Assembly (NCBI GenBank): GCA_964474445.1
Contig: CAYYSJ010000001.1
Coordinates: 345,377-409,376, forward strand
DNA length: 64,000 nucleotides
DNA from: an uncultured Gammaproteobacteria bacterium
GTDB taxonomy: Bacteria > Patescibacteriota > Microgenomatia > Levybacterales > UBA12049
Direction: 5' to 3'
Shown here: in pieces, positions 39,075 through 49,517 of the stretch
How positions within the stretch are numbered: the stretch's first letter is position 1
Layout of the letters: the number at the start of each line of letters is the position of its first letter
Position numbers and translations under genes: made by a program
The notes under the pieces: generated by a model
Told to the model about the DNA's origin: nothing
Databases searched by the model: none
What the model saw: only the letters and a program-made list of their open reading frames with translations

Positions 39075-39842
39075 TTATTTCTTTTTTAAATATTTTGTAT
39101 AGCCAACAGCAAACCGAATGGATGAGAAAAATGCCCATACAAACCCTTGCCATCCATCCATGAAGCCCTTGTGGCGTAGATAAATTTTCCCAAACCACCA
39201 CAAAGGTAAAAGTACTTCATATTGTAGCATAACTAATACATTTCTAGGTGTTTTTTTCTCTGCCAGTCCTGTTGCTATTAAATCAGTATAGCGATTAAAC
39301 CTGAGTAAGTATCGTCCAAATTCTGGATCTGCAATATGAATAAGAGGCTCTTTTAAGAAACCCACCTCACCCTCAACTACCGCCTGTTCATGAACATCCT
39401 TTTGAGGAAGTCTCCCTTTACCACGTTTGTATAATCTCAGCGTATAATCAGGGTATACTCCTCCTTTCATTAAAAACCTTCCTAAAAACCAATTTTTCCG
39501 TGGTATCCAATATCCATCTTTACTTGCGGATTGATTATTGATCGCAGCATTGATTTCTTCTGCCAATTGAAGAGTGACCCGCTCGTCTGCATCCAGTTGT
39601 AACACCCAATCTTTTGTTACCATATCAATGGCTTTTTGTTTATTGATATGAAACATTGGATTGTTTTCTCTTACCACTACTTTTGCACCGTATGATTTTG
39701 CTATTTCTACTGTTCTGTCTTGAGAAGTACCATCAACAATAATGATTTCGTCAGCAAAACCTTTTACTGATTCCAAACAACCAGGTAAATTTTTTTCTTC
39801 GTTATATGTTGCAAGAACAACTGAAATTGTTTGTTGTTTCAT
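39075..39842 (-). CDS. GT2, WaaE/beta-1,4-glucosyltransferase-like
   Basis: TYNEEKNL..CLESV, WVLQLDADER, PRKN, YPDY..RLY, VHE, GFMDGWQG. Confidence 0.88.
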   Translation of the reverse strand: MKQQTISVVLATYNEEKNLPGCLESVKGFADEIIIVDGTSQDRTVEIAKSYGAKVVVRENNPMFHINKQKAIDMVTKDWVLQLDADERVTLQLAEEINAAINNQSASKDGYWIPRKNWFLGRFLMKGGVYPDYTLRLYKRGKGRLPQKDVHEQAVVEGEVGFLKEPLIHIADPEFGRYLLRFNRYTDLIATGLAEKKTPRNVLVMLQYEVLLPLWWFGKIYLRHKGFMDGWQGFVWAFFSSIRFAVGYTKYLKKK

Positions 39843-41479
39843 ATATTCATTCTGAGCTTCTTGGGTAAAGGTAATAAAAGAACTCCAACAATTACTACTG
39901 TAAGGAGACTAAGATAATCTGCTACTTGTCGTAATTTTGTATCCTTGAAAATAACAGTGATATCATGTCTTCCGGGTGGCGCAAAAAATGTCATAATACC
40001 ACGATGCATCCCATCCTGAAATTCTACCTGCGTCTCTTTTCCATCAACAAGTACATGCCAACCAGGAAAGTATAACGTATTTTCCATCAGTCTTACTTGA
40101 GTATCTGCATTCACTTGGTAAAGATGTCTCGTTGATGTCCTTTGTAGTACTTTGACAACTGCTTTCCCGTTCAGAATTTCTAAAGGATTTGTATACCCTT
40201 TTTCCATAAATCGTACACCCCAGATAGGCGAACTTTCACCTGTGTCAGAGGGTCCTTTATAAATGCCTGCAAAGGTGGTGTCAGGACGCAGAACATATCC
40301 TTTGGCATGCCAATAGGAGTTCTCTACTATTATACAAATTGCAACAAGACTAAGAATGCTGATAAGACGAAGTTTTCTTGGGAGGACGTCAACAAGCAGT
40401 GCACCTAAAACGCTTGAAGTAAATATGGTAATAAGAAGGAATCTCCAAGGGAATTGAAAATTTTGGAGTAGCAATATTTTTGACCAGACAAATCCAGAGA
40501 TCGGTAACATCAAAAAAATTGCAATGAGGGTATAGAGAAGGAGTGAGGCAATAAGTATTTTTTGTTTGGCATATGTTGTAACAAAGAGGAAAATACTTCC
40601 TACAATGACTAGCCATTCTACAATGCCAACTTGAATCGTAAAATCTCCTGTCCCTCCATAACTCCATGGTCCATAGAAAAGTGCGGCAAATGAGGCAAAT
40701 CTTCTACTATATTCACCCTTTGTGACAATGTCTTTTAATGTATATTTTGCTTCAAAAAGTCCTGGAAGCCAGAAGAAAGCGGATAACAGAAACCCGAGTG
40801 CTATAGCAAAAAGTAAGTTTACCCCGTCTTGTCTATTTCTTCCATTTTTCACCCATATGTATGCTCCATAAAAAAGAATAAATGGTAACATCATGAGACT
40901 CACAATATTGTGACAAAGAATAAGAAGAGCAAGGGAAACCCCACTGAAAAGTAATGGGTATTTCCTTTTGCTTTTTACTGTTAGCGTCAGAAAATAAAGA
41001 ACAAGCGGTACAAAGACAAGCGCAAGACTCTCGCCAACATCACCCCTCACATACAGGTCAACAAACCGATATGGCGCAAACATATACAAAAATGCACCAA
41101 AGAATGCTGCCCATCGAGAAGAAAACTCCCTAAGCCAAAGATACATGGTAAATCCTGAAAGAAGCATCGATAAACCCAACAAAAGTTTTAAACTATTGGC
41201 AAAGGATAAACCTGCCGCATGTAACAATGACGCTAAGTATGAAGGCAATGGATAGAAAAATTCAAAGACAGGTTGTCCATATCCAAAGTTGACATTTGCT
41301 GCCCACCGAGGAACCCATATCCCCTCAGAAAGGCTTTGGTAAAAATTTGTAAGGCGAAGCAAATGCACATCTCCATCATGAGTCAAAGGAAACCTGATAT
41401 GCAGTAAATCAGTGGTACTCAAAAAACCTGCCGCGAGCAAACAGCATAAAGGAAGAAACGATGCAATACGTTTTATCAT
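39839..41479 (-). CDS. GT-C membrane protein (YfhO / 'PTPS-related' family)
   Basis: THDG..H, PRWA..GYG-x-P-x-F-x-FY, APYRFVDLYVRG, QFPWRFL, YFPGW..VDG. Confidence 0.82.
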   Translation of the reverse strand: MIKRIASFLPLCCLLAAGFLSTTDLLHIRFPLTHDGDVHLLRLTNFYQSLSEGIWVPRWAANVNFGYGQPVFEFFYPLPSYLASLLHAAGLSFANSLKLLLGLSMLLSGFTMYLWLREFSSRWAAFFGAFLYMFAPYRFVDLYVRGDVGESLALVFVPLVLYFLTLTVKSKRKYPLLFSGVSLALLILCHNIVSLMMLPFILFYGAYIWVKNGRNRQDGVNLLFAIALGFLLSAFFWLPGLFEAKYTLKDIVTKGEYSRRFASFAALFYGPWSYGGTGDFTIQVGIVEWLVIVGSIFLFVTTYAKQKILIASLLLYTLIAIFLMLPISGFVWSKILLLQNFQFPWRFLLITIFTSSVLGALLVDVLPRKLRLISILSLVAICIIVENSYWHAKGYVLRPDTTFAGIYKGPSDTGESSPIWGVRFMEKGYTNPLEILNGKAVVKVLQRTSTRHLYQVNADTQVRLMENTLYFPGWHVLVDGKETQVEFQDGMHRGIMTFFAPPGRHDITVIFKDTKLRQVADYLSLLTVVIVGVLLLPLPKKLRMNI

Positions 41480-43152
41480 TTGGCTACAAAAGCAACAAGT
41501 CGCACAACATGTCCAAGTCCTGTAAATTGTTGGACGATAGTTATATTATCTGGCAAAACATTTATCTTTCCATCTGTTACATTCCCTATATAGAGCGTAT
41601 TTTGTTCAAGTTTTATATCTTTCGCGACAGGAATAAAATCTATATTATCAATATGATGGAATTCTCTAAATCCTCCTGATTTTGTCCCTCCAGCATTCTG
41701 ATATTTTTTAGGATCGTATTTACTCTCAAAAAGGTAAAACATATAGGATTGGGTAGCATTTGCTTGATTGGAAACCACAATATGGGAATATTCTTTTTGA
41801 TGTAAAATAACATACTTCATTGCTCGATGCAGAGCACACTGATATGGTGCTGATCCTTGTTTAACAAAGGTGACAAAATATGCTTGGGAAAACTGCACGA
41901 TACTTACTACTACACAAGCCCCAATAAGTCCAACAAAAAGTATTTGAGATTGCTTCCCATAGTTTTTTATATTTCCTAGTAATGCAACAACGCCAAGACA
42001 TCCAATTCCTTCCAAAAGTTGTGGTATAGGAAGAATATTAAAAGATCGCATCGCATGGGGAGTTTCAGTAGTTATTCCCGGGGCTACAAATGCAATGAGA
42101 ATCCATACAATTGGCAATATTTTGAGTGGTAGTGAAACAGGCAAACGCCATAGGAAGAAAAGTCCAAGCAAAAAGAGTGGCAACTCCCATTGATAGGAAA
42201 GTCCAAATCCAGGAGCCTTAAATCTTTCAAGCCCGCTGTTTCCTAGCCACCATTCTGGACTAAAATGAGGAAGGTAATTCCACAAAAAGACACTGACAGG
42301 GACAAAGCGTCGATTATAAGTAATTTCTCCCACCAAATCATGATGTTTCGTTGCTTCTGCTAACCGAAGAGAGGTCTCTATAAAAGGGCGTTGATCAGTA
42401 AAGACTGATGTCCCCTTCAATCGTAAGAGTGCACCGGGTTGCAATGATGCAAAAACGATTGGCAACGATAAAACAAGCGCTAACAAGAGGCTGGCTATCA
42501 CAACTTTTTTATTCTGAAATACTTGCTTATAAAATAAACCTAAAAGAGTAACAACAATAAGCGGCACAAACACCTTTTCACTTTGATAGGTATATAGAGA
42601 TCCTGCCCAGAAAATACCAGAGAGGATCACAAGCCATTTTCTTTCAGAAAGTAATCCCCAGAGGAAAAAGAGTACTCCGAGAAAGGCAAACGTAAGTCCT
42701 GGATTTACCTCATGTCCCAAACGGGATATGTAAATATGAAAAGGAGAAATAGCAAATAAACCCATGACCGTAAGTGACACCCATTTTTCATATTTATATC
42801 CTCTTACAACGATTTTTGCTAAGAAAAAGCTGGCAATAACAGTAACAAGAGAAAGGATCGCTGATGGCAAGCGAACAGCAAGAACCGTAAGTCCAAGAAG
42901 CTTCACAAAAGGAATAACCAAATATAAATACCCTGCAGGTCTAAAGTCATCATAGGCTTGCATAATAATCGGGAATGACCTTCCGTACTCTCCTTTTCCG
43001 GTAAGGAGAATTGCATATGCATTCCACCCAATACTTACTTCATCTAATGACCCTGAAGGCGGTACTGAATTAAGTAACATAAATCGGAACAAAATTGCGA
43101 CAAGAACTATGACGATAAAAAGAATCGTATAGAGGTTGAAAAGTTTTTTCAT
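41476..43152 (-). CDS. ArnT/PMT-like GT-C glycosyltransferase
   Basis: DEVSIGWNAY, YDDFRP, VRLPSA, SPFH..SR, PHAMR. Confidence 0.85.
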   Translation of the reverse strand: MKKLFNLYTILFIVIVLVAILFRFMLLNSVPPSGSLDEVSIGWNAYAILLTGKGEYGRSFPIIMQAYDDFRPAGYLYLVIPFVKLLGLTVLAVRLPSAILSLVTVIASFFLAKIVVRGYKYEKWVSLTVMGLFAISPFHIYISRLGHEVNPGLTFAFLGVLFFLWGLLSERKWLVILSGIFWAGSLYTYQSEKVFVPLIVVTLLGLFYKQVFQNKKVVIASLLLALVLSLPIVFASLQPGALLRLKGTSVFTDQRPFIETSLRLAEATKHHDLVGEITYNRRFVPVSVFLWNYLPHFSPEWWLGNSGLERFKAPGFGLSYQWELPLFLLGLFFLWRLPVSLPLKILPIVWILIAFVAPGITTETPHAMRSFNILPIPQLLEGIGCLGVVALLGNIKNYGKQSQILFVGLIGACVVVSIVQFSQAYFVTFVKQGSAPYQCALHRAMKYVILHQKEYSHIVVSNQANATQSYMFYLFESKYDPKKYQNAGGTKSGGFREFHHIDNIDFIPVAKDIKLEQNTLYIGNVTDGKINVLPDNITIVQQFTGLGHVVRLVAFVAK

Positions 43153-43155
43153 ATC

Positions 43156-44814
43156 TTATTTTTGGCCGACAATACTCATTGCTTCTTGGCCATTTGGATA
43201 ATAAATTGTTTGCAGTTTATTGACTTTCTGTGGAAAATCAGATGGTCTTCCAACATAGAGGATATCAGAGCTTTTAACTTCTTTTTCCCAGACAATAGGT
43301 CTAAATTCATACTTTCCAAATATATGGTTCTCTCTGAAACCACCCGATGCGAGAGCACTTTCCTTTTGATACGCAGATGGCGAATATCTCAAATAGAAAA
43401 GAAAGAACATATATGATTGGTCAAGAGAAGGTTGATTGCTCACAATAATTTTTTTGTATTCTGCTTCGTGCGATTTCACAAAAGACACAGCTTGAGCATA
43501 TCCATATTGCCAATCGTTGGCCGTGTAATAGGATTGCTGTACAAAATACTGATCCAGATAATAGGAAAAGTTAAAGACCGCAATACCTATCAAACAAGCA
43601 CTAACAACCCAAAGAATTTTTTCCTTTTTCCCTAGCCACCCCAATACTCCTACTACCCCCAATGCTGTCATTACCTGAAATAATGGAAGAAAGTTAAGCG
43701 CTCTGACCGCATGCGGAACTCCCGTTGTTACTGAGGCAGGGATAGGTGTTATCAAAAGCCAGGCAAAAAGTAGTATCTTTGTTTGTTTGGGGAAACTGCC
43801 AAATAACAGCATATAGATACCAACAAGCATGAATGGTAATTCCCAAAGGTATAAGAGTCCCATATTCGGAGCATGATGTCTTGCCAAATCTCCTGTTATA
43901 AAAAGCCAGTTGAAGTCAAAATGGGACAAATAATTTGCTACGACTTCCCTGCCATAAATAACCCGTCTGTTATCCAACAAGAGGCCAAGATAATCTTTTT
44001 TTGTCTTGTCATCCTGCACCCTTTGCACGCTTCTCTGGATAATCGTTTGGTCAGATAGTACACTGACCCCTTTTGCACGCGCCAACGCATTCTTATTTGT
44101 TAATAAGTACGTCGCAAGTGGTAAGGTAAGAATTGCCCCAAAAATAACAACGGCAAAAAGATACTTTTTGGGAATAGAAAGTACTTGCTTTTGAAAGATA
44201 TACAACAAGGCAAGGACAAGAAGCGGGACAAATACTTTTTCACTTTGATACACATACATGCTTGCAACAAAAAAGAGTGCAGAAAGGAAAAGCAGCCACG
44301 GTTTTCGTAAGCCTTTCAGAAAAAATAACGCTCCAAAAATATTGCATGAAAGGCCAACATTTGACTCAAAAGCAATTCGTGAGAATTGTAAATGCCATGG
44401 AGAAATTGCCAAAAGAGAAGAGGCAAGCAGAGCAACAGACTCTTTCTTAAATAACTCTTTCATGAGGAAATAGACAGCAACAACAGTCAAAATACCAAAA
44501 ATGGCTGAAGGAAGACGTACAGCAAAAACATTGAGTCCAAAAACTTCTGTTGTTGGAATAGTAAGATAACTATACAAAGCAGGTTTGTAGTCATCATAGG
44601 AGCGCATCACAACAGGCATAAATGCACCATATTCATCTCTCCCGGTTTGTGACACAGAGTACCCATTATACCCAAGCGCTACTTCATCCCAATCAGGTGA
44701 TGAAGGAACTGCTCCCAATTGCCATAATCGCAAGACGGCGGCAATTAACACAATCGCTCCCAGAATAACCCATTGCACACGTTTCATCGATAATTTTGCA
44801 TTTGGAATAATCAT
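43156..44814 (-). CDS. ArnT/PMT-like GT-C glycosyltransferase
   Basis: WDEVALGYNGY, YDDYKP, VRLPSA, SPWH..SR..FE, PHAVR. Confidence 0.86.
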   Translation of the reverse strand: MIIPNAKLSMKRVQWVILGAIVLIAAVLRLWQLGAVPSSPDWDEVALGYNGYSVSQTGRDEYGAFMPVVMRSYDDYKPALYSYLTIPTTEVFGLNVFAVRLPSAIFGILTVVAVYFLMKELFKKESVALLASSLLAISPWHLQFSRIAFESNVGLSCNIFGALFFLKGLRKPWLLFLSALFFVASMYVYQSEKVFVPLLVLALLYIFQKQVLSIPKKYLFAVVIFGAILTLPLATYLLTNKNALARAKGVSVLSDQTIIQRSVQRVQDDKTKKDYLGLLLDNRRVIYGREVVANYLSHFDFNWLFITGDLARHHAPNMGLLYLWELPFMLVGIYMLLFGSFPKQTKILLFAWLLITPIPASVTTGVPHAVRALNFLPLFQVMTALGVVGVLGWLGKKEKILWVVSACLIGIAVFNFSYYLDQYFVQQSYYTANDWQYGYAQAVSFVKSHEAEYKKIIVSNQPSLDQSYMFFLFYLRYSPSAYQKESALASGGFRENHIFGKYEFRPIVWEKEVKSSDILYVGRPSDFPQKVNKLQTIYYPNGQEAMSIVGQK

Positions 44815-46415
44815 AGTGTATATGCTACCAAGACAGGGCTACCATTTGGTAAAGTAATTGTTTGTTGTATATGCGCAGCAGCAGGAATTTGGTTTGGTGT
44901 ATTAATATAGAGAGCTCCTTTTTCCTCTGGTAAGTCTTTTGCAAAATAATACATGCCAATAGAATTTACGTGAACAAATCCAAACGCATCTCGAGTAATT
45001 TGTGCTTGTTTTCTAAATGTTGTGGGTGAGACATGATTGTAAAAGAGATAATATATGTACGGTCTTCCCAATCCTTCAGTCATATATATTTTCTTCACAT
45101 GATTTTGTTGGCCTCTGGCATAGGAAAGAGCACTAACATACCCATATTGCCATTCCCCAGCGAACTCTTTTGTGTAATGAGCATAGTAACCATGTTGAAA
45201 GTAGAGAACACTGAGAAAAAGCAAGGCTAAACTAAGAGGAACAAAGCCCTTGAGGTATTTTCTTAGGAAAAAAGCTGTCTGGACAAAGCCATATGCTATA
45301 AGTATGTGAAATGTCGGAAGTGTGCCTTCAATTCTGAGGGCATGAGGAGTCTCACGAGCTGTTGCTGCAGGGATAATGCCGATAAGAAGCCATAGCGGAA
45401 TAATCCACCACATTCCTTCCTTTCTTCTAAAAAGAAGAAGTATTCCTCCTACCAAAAATGGTATATCCCACAAATACATTTCGCCAACATCTTGTGTCGA
45501 GAATTTCGGATTACCATCGCCTTTGATAAATAAGAAAGATGGATTGAGGTTATCAAAGTAATGATGCAGATATTCAGCTGTATAGACAAGACGTCTGTTG
45601 TGAAGTATTTTCGACCACCAAGAATTGTGATCGTTTTGTACTTCCTGATTGGATTCTTTTACCAAAGAAACATCTGAAAAAATATTTACCTCCTTAAACC
45701 GTAAACTTGCTTGGGGAGACACTAAAAATGGAGCAGTTGGCAATATCAGTACAACTCCCACAATGAGTGCAACAAACAGTTGTTTTTTGTATTGCAATAA
45801 CCGTTTTATAAAAAGAACACCTAAAACAAGAAGAAGTAATGGTGCAACAATTCGTGCACTATTAAACGTGTACACTGAGGCAACAAAAGAGGCAACAGAG
45901 AAAGGAAGATACCAGGGCCTGTCTTCAACGGCTCCCAAGAATAACCATACTCCAGTAACAATAAAAAATGTGGCAACATTTGCCTCAAACGCTGCTCGAG
46001 ATAGCATGGTGTGCCAGGGAGAAACAGCTAAGAAGCAGGCTGCAGCAAGAGCATACCACTGTGCTTTCTCTGATTTCCAAAATAGTCTTTTTACTAAAAG
46101 GTACGTAACAATAACAGTCAACACACCAAATAATGCAGAAGGAAACCTGGTTGCAAACTCAGTTAACCCAAATACTTTTACCGGCACTACCCCAAGATAG
46201 GCATACATTGGTGGTTTAAAGTCTCCAAATGATTCTAAGTAGTCATGTGGTAACAATCTCCCAAATTCATCTTTCCCGTCAATACCAAGACTATACGAGT
46301 TATATCCCCATGCTACCTCATCCCATGTCAACGATGCAGGAATTGCTCCTAACTGCCAAAAACGGAAAAAAGCTGCAAGAAGAACAATTGCAATAAGGAG
46401 CAAATACTTTTTCAT
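44811..46415 (-). CDS. ArnT/PMT-like GT-C glycosyltransferase
   Basis: WDEVAWGYNSY, FGDFKP, TRFPSA, SPWH..SR..FE, PHALR; start ATG 46415. Confidence 0.86.
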   Translation of the reverse strand: MKKYLLLIAIVLLAAFFRFWQLGAIPASLTWDEVAWGYNSYSLGIDGKDEFGRLLPHDYLESFGDFKPPMYAYLGVVPVKVFGLTEFATRFPSALFGVLTVIVTYLLVKRLFWKSEKAQWYALAAACFLAVSPWHTMLSRAAFEANVATFFIVTGVWLFLGAVEDRPWYLPFSVASFVASVYTFNSARIVAPLLLLVLGVLFIKRLLQYKKQLFVALIVGVVLILPTAPFLVSPQASLRFKEVNIFSDVSLVKESNQEVQNDHNSWWSKILHNRRLVYTAEYLHHYFDNLNPSFLFIKGDGNPKFSTQDVGEMYLWDIPFLVGGILLLFRRKEGMWWIIPLWLLIGIIPAATARETPHALRIEGTLPTFHILIAYGFVQTAFFLRKYLKGFVPLSLALLFLSVLYFQHGYYAHYTKEFAGEWQYGYVSALSYARGQQNHVKKIYMTEGLGRPYIYYLFYNHVSPTTFRKQAQITRDAFGFVHVNSIGMYYFAKDLPEEKGALYINTPNQIPAAAHIQQTITLPNGSPVLVAYTL

Positions 46416-46421
46416 AGGTCT

Positions 46422-46427
46422 ATTATA
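46422..46427 (-). promoter_or_regulatory. -10 box placed for leaderless transcription
   Basis: TATAAT 6 nt upstream of ATG 46415. Confidence 0.5.
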
Positions 46428-46486
46428 TAGTGTTTGTATCAAAACGAAAAGCAAATAGTATAAAACAAGGAGGAAAATATATAGGA

Positions 46487-47740
46487 TTATGCTTTCGTTT
46501 CTTGAGGCCAGAAATATGCAGTTAAAAAGACCATTGAGAGGTATCCCAAGTGGCTATTATTAAAATATCTTGAAAAATACCAAAAGACAAAAAGAAAGAT
46601 GCCATAACTAAAAATAAGCATTGGTATTGTTGGTCGTTTCCACAAAAGATATCCTAATGCAAAAAGGGTTGGTATTCCTAATCCAATTTCCCAAAGAGTA
46701 AAGGGATAATAGGCATGGACATTTTTTATCCAGCCAAATTGATATGCCACCATTCCAAACCCATATCCAGATATTGGATAACTATGAATGTCATTGCCTG
46801 CCAGATAAAAGACCGTACTATCCAAAAATGCTTTACTATTCCACAGAAGGAATGGCGACATAAAACTCAAACACACTCCAATAAATCCACTGATATTTTT
46901 TACGAGATAAAGCGTGACAGTTCGAACATCCCTTTTCTCCTGCAAAGCAAGGATAACTATATAGAAAAGATACAGCGGAAGAAATGGCCAAATGGACTGC
47001 TTAATCATAAAAGCCAAACCAATGGCTATCCCTGCCCAAAATACCCTTTTTTTATACAGTAAGAACAATCCTGCAAACATAAATGCAAACATATAGATAT
47101 CAGACCTTCCTTCGAGGGTATAGCCAAGCATTGCCGGATTAAATGCTAAAAGGCTAACAAATGTACGTTTTTTCTCCTCATCCTTTACGAGGGTAAATGC
47201 AAGTATTAATAAACTCAAAAAAAGAGCGAGTAAAGGAATTCTCCCGTCAAAATACCCTATCGCGTGATTACTCACAAAGTAAAAAGGCACTGCAAAAAGA
47301 AGATAAAACGGCTCCATCACAAAATGATACAGTGCCGGATTAACGTCTGTATCAGAGTAATGCCAATCTTGAAGTGGGGTACCAAAATACGTCTCTTGAT
47401 ACGGATTTTTGCCATGAATGAAATAACGGATAGCAGCTTCCTGTTGCAAAACAACGTCATGGACACCATAAATAGGCGCAACTTGATGTCGTACGATAAT
47501 GGTAGAACCAAACGCAGACCCTAACACTGTCAAAATGGTAATCCATAGGACAATATTTTTATATCTGTTATAGAGTAATTCCTTCAGTGGTAGTAGATCC
47601 AACACGATATATCCCAATAGAGCGACAAAAATAAAACCAAACAGCCAAAAAGGAGTGTCTCCTGGACCTATGCGGTATTGCATAATAAAGTAGATAACCA
47701 GCGGGAAAAGTAAAACTGATGAGAATGAAAGATTCTTCAT
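46487..47740 (-). CDS. GT87/DUF2029-like GT-C glycosyltransferase
   Basis: HDV..Q..A..GKNPY, D-x-R, NP..G-x-x-D, GLAF-x-x-KQ; multi-TM; start ATG 47740. Confidence 0.72.
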   Translation of the reverse strand: MKNLSFSSVLLFPLVIYFIMQYRIGPGDTPFWLFGFIFVALLGYIVLDLLPLKELLYNRYKNIVLWITILTVLGSAFGSTIIVRHQVAPIYGVHDVVLQQEAAIRYFIHGKNPYQETYFGTPLQDWHYSDTDVNPALYHFVMEPFYLLFAVPFYFVSNHAIGYFDGRIPLLALFLSLLILAFTLVKDEEKKRTFVSLLAFNPAMLGYTLEGRSDIYMFAFMFAGLFLLYKKRVFWAGIAIGLAFMIKQSIWPFLPLYLFYIVILALQEKRDVRTVTLYLVKNISGFIGVCLSFMSPFLLWNSKAFLDSTVFYLAGNDIHSYPISGYGFGMVAYQFGWIKNVHAYYPFTLWEIGLGIPTLFALGYLLWKRPTIPMLIFSYGIFLFVFWYFSRYFNNSHLGYLSMVFLTAYFWPQETKA

Positions 47741-47741
47741 A

Positions 47742-49253
47742 TTAGTGTTTATTGTTATACCAATCTTCTGTTGTATCGTAGACTTTCTGAGGAGTAATAA
47801 AAACCCACTGTGCACGCTGTAACTCTGCTGAAGAACTCCCTTGCAAATCTACTAAGGTAAACCCAGTAGTATTTTCTGAAATAATCAAATCCATATAGAA
47901 ATTATGTCCTCTTGCATCTTGAATTGCAGGCAATCCAAAACCAATTCTGTGACCAGTATTACTAATATGATTAGTATACTGAAGATACATTAAAAAAGGA
48001 AACGTATACCCTGTAGATTGGTATTTATAGTCATACAGTGCAACAGATTGGCTTTTGTATTTTTCTCTTAACATATTGTTCCATGAAGATGCCCGATATG
48101 CCATATAATTAGTCCCTGCTTTTATTTGCGTAATATCTGATTGCAGAGAATAAAAACAGGTAACACAAACAAGAATAGCACCGAGGAACCAGTATTTTTT
48201 CAAAAGATAATAACAAAGAGCTCCTGTAAAAAGAAAGATAAACGGATGCAAAAACATAACATAGTTATCAAAAATAGGAGTTCTCGTATAACGAATGAGT
48301 GTAAATGCAAAAAGAAAAACTCCTACCAGCAATATCCATTGTTTTGTGACAACTCTCTTATAGATTGCACCGAGTAAAAGAAGCAGACTTCCTCCCATGA
48401 GGGTAAAACCCACCCAATTATTTCCCCCAATTGCTCCATTCCATAGATGTGGCCATAACGTACTTATATACGTTTGCCATCTTCTCCCTAGTACATTGAG
48501 TGAAATTTTATATTGATCATGAAAGTAATATTGAATCATGTGTCCAACATTGAAGAAATGATTGGTTACATCGACGTAGATAAGAGGAATCAAAGGAAGT
48601 AAGCCTCCTAATGCTAAAAAGAACAGACCTTTCTTGTTTCGTAATCTGTCAAGGATAACCACGCCTATTGCAAGTCCTACAAGAGGAACTCCTTGCAGGT
48701 GGATAGTTGCACCGAGTGTGGAAAAGAAACCTAACCAAAAAAGATACTTTGTCTTCGGATATTTTATAGAGAGCACTGCGAAGAGTATTGCTATTGCGGC
48801 AATGATGTTCAGAAGAGATTGGTTTGTTAAATTAATTGATTGAGAAATACCAATTGGAGAAATAGCACTGAAAAGTCCTACAAGCATCCCATACCATTTC
48901 CCTATCATTTTATAGCCAACATACATCATAAGTCCCGTAAAGCACACTTGAAGAAAAGTCAGAAAAATCCACGGTCCTAAAATAGAAAATGGAAGGACGA
49001 GAGCTCCTGCCATGATAAACCAATACCATTCTCCTCCTGTTTGAAAAGGACCAGCTGATGAAAAAGGTCCAAGAAGTGGTAATTTATGAGCCGCTAGCGC
49101 ATATCGTGCAATAATAACATCGTGCGCTTGATCAAAGGCAAGACCCCATCTGTTGAAATAATTATAAAACCGAAGGACTGCTGCTAGTCCAATAACTGCA
49201 ATGACAAGAATTGTGTATCCATGTGTTTTATAAAAAGAAAGGATATGCTTCAT
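47742..49253 (-). CDS. ArnT/PMT-like GT-C glycosyltransferase
   Basis: LRFYN..FDQAHD..LPLLGP, AISP, about 11 TMs. Confidence 0.8.
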   Translation of the reverse strand: MKHILSFYKTHGYTILVIAVIGLAAVLRFYNYFNRWGLAFDQAHDVIIARYALAAHKLPLLGPFSSAGPFQTGGEWYWFIMAGALVLPFSILGPWIFLTFLQVCFTGLMMYVGYKMIGKWYGMLVGLFSAISPIGISQSINLTNQSLLNIIAAIAILFAVLSIKYPKTKYLFWLGFFSTLGATIHLQGVPLVGLAIGVVILDRLRNKKGLFFLALGGLLPLIPLIYVDVTNHFFNVGHMIQYYFHDQYKISLNVLGRRWQTYISTLWPHLWNGAIGGNNWVGFTLMGGSLLLLLGAIYKRVVTKQWILLVGVFLFAFTLIRYTRTPIFDNYVMFLHPFIFLFTGALCYYLLKKYWFLGAILVCVTCFYSLQSDITQIKAGTNYMAYRASSWNNMLREKYKSQSVALYDYKYQSTGYTFPFLMYLQYTNHISNTGHRIGFGLPAIQDARGHNFYMDLIISENTTGFTLVDLQGSSSAELQRAQWVFITPQKVYDTTEDWYNNKH

Positions 49254-49517
49254 GGTATTTGAGTGCTCTTAGTATACGATATTTTGAGAGAGAGAAATAG
49301 TGAATACCGCATAATTCACCTATGCTATACTTATACCACATTTTACTATAACTACTTCCCTGCGCTTGATTTTCTCCCGTTCCTTTTTGTCTTTCTTCTT
49401 CCCACGCTTCCTCCAAAATTATCAACAGAAGTACTTGTATTAATAACCGTGGGAGTTTTTTAATGCAATTTATATACCAAGTCTTTGGGGGGTGTATCCA
49501 GTCATAGGGATCTATCA

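Noticed and set aside
45649-46200. 183-aa plus-strand ORF and the many other 60-140 aa antisense or alternate-frame ORFs in the track
   Set aside because: They lie within well-supported genes, have no motifs, and are typical shadows of hydrophobic codon usage.
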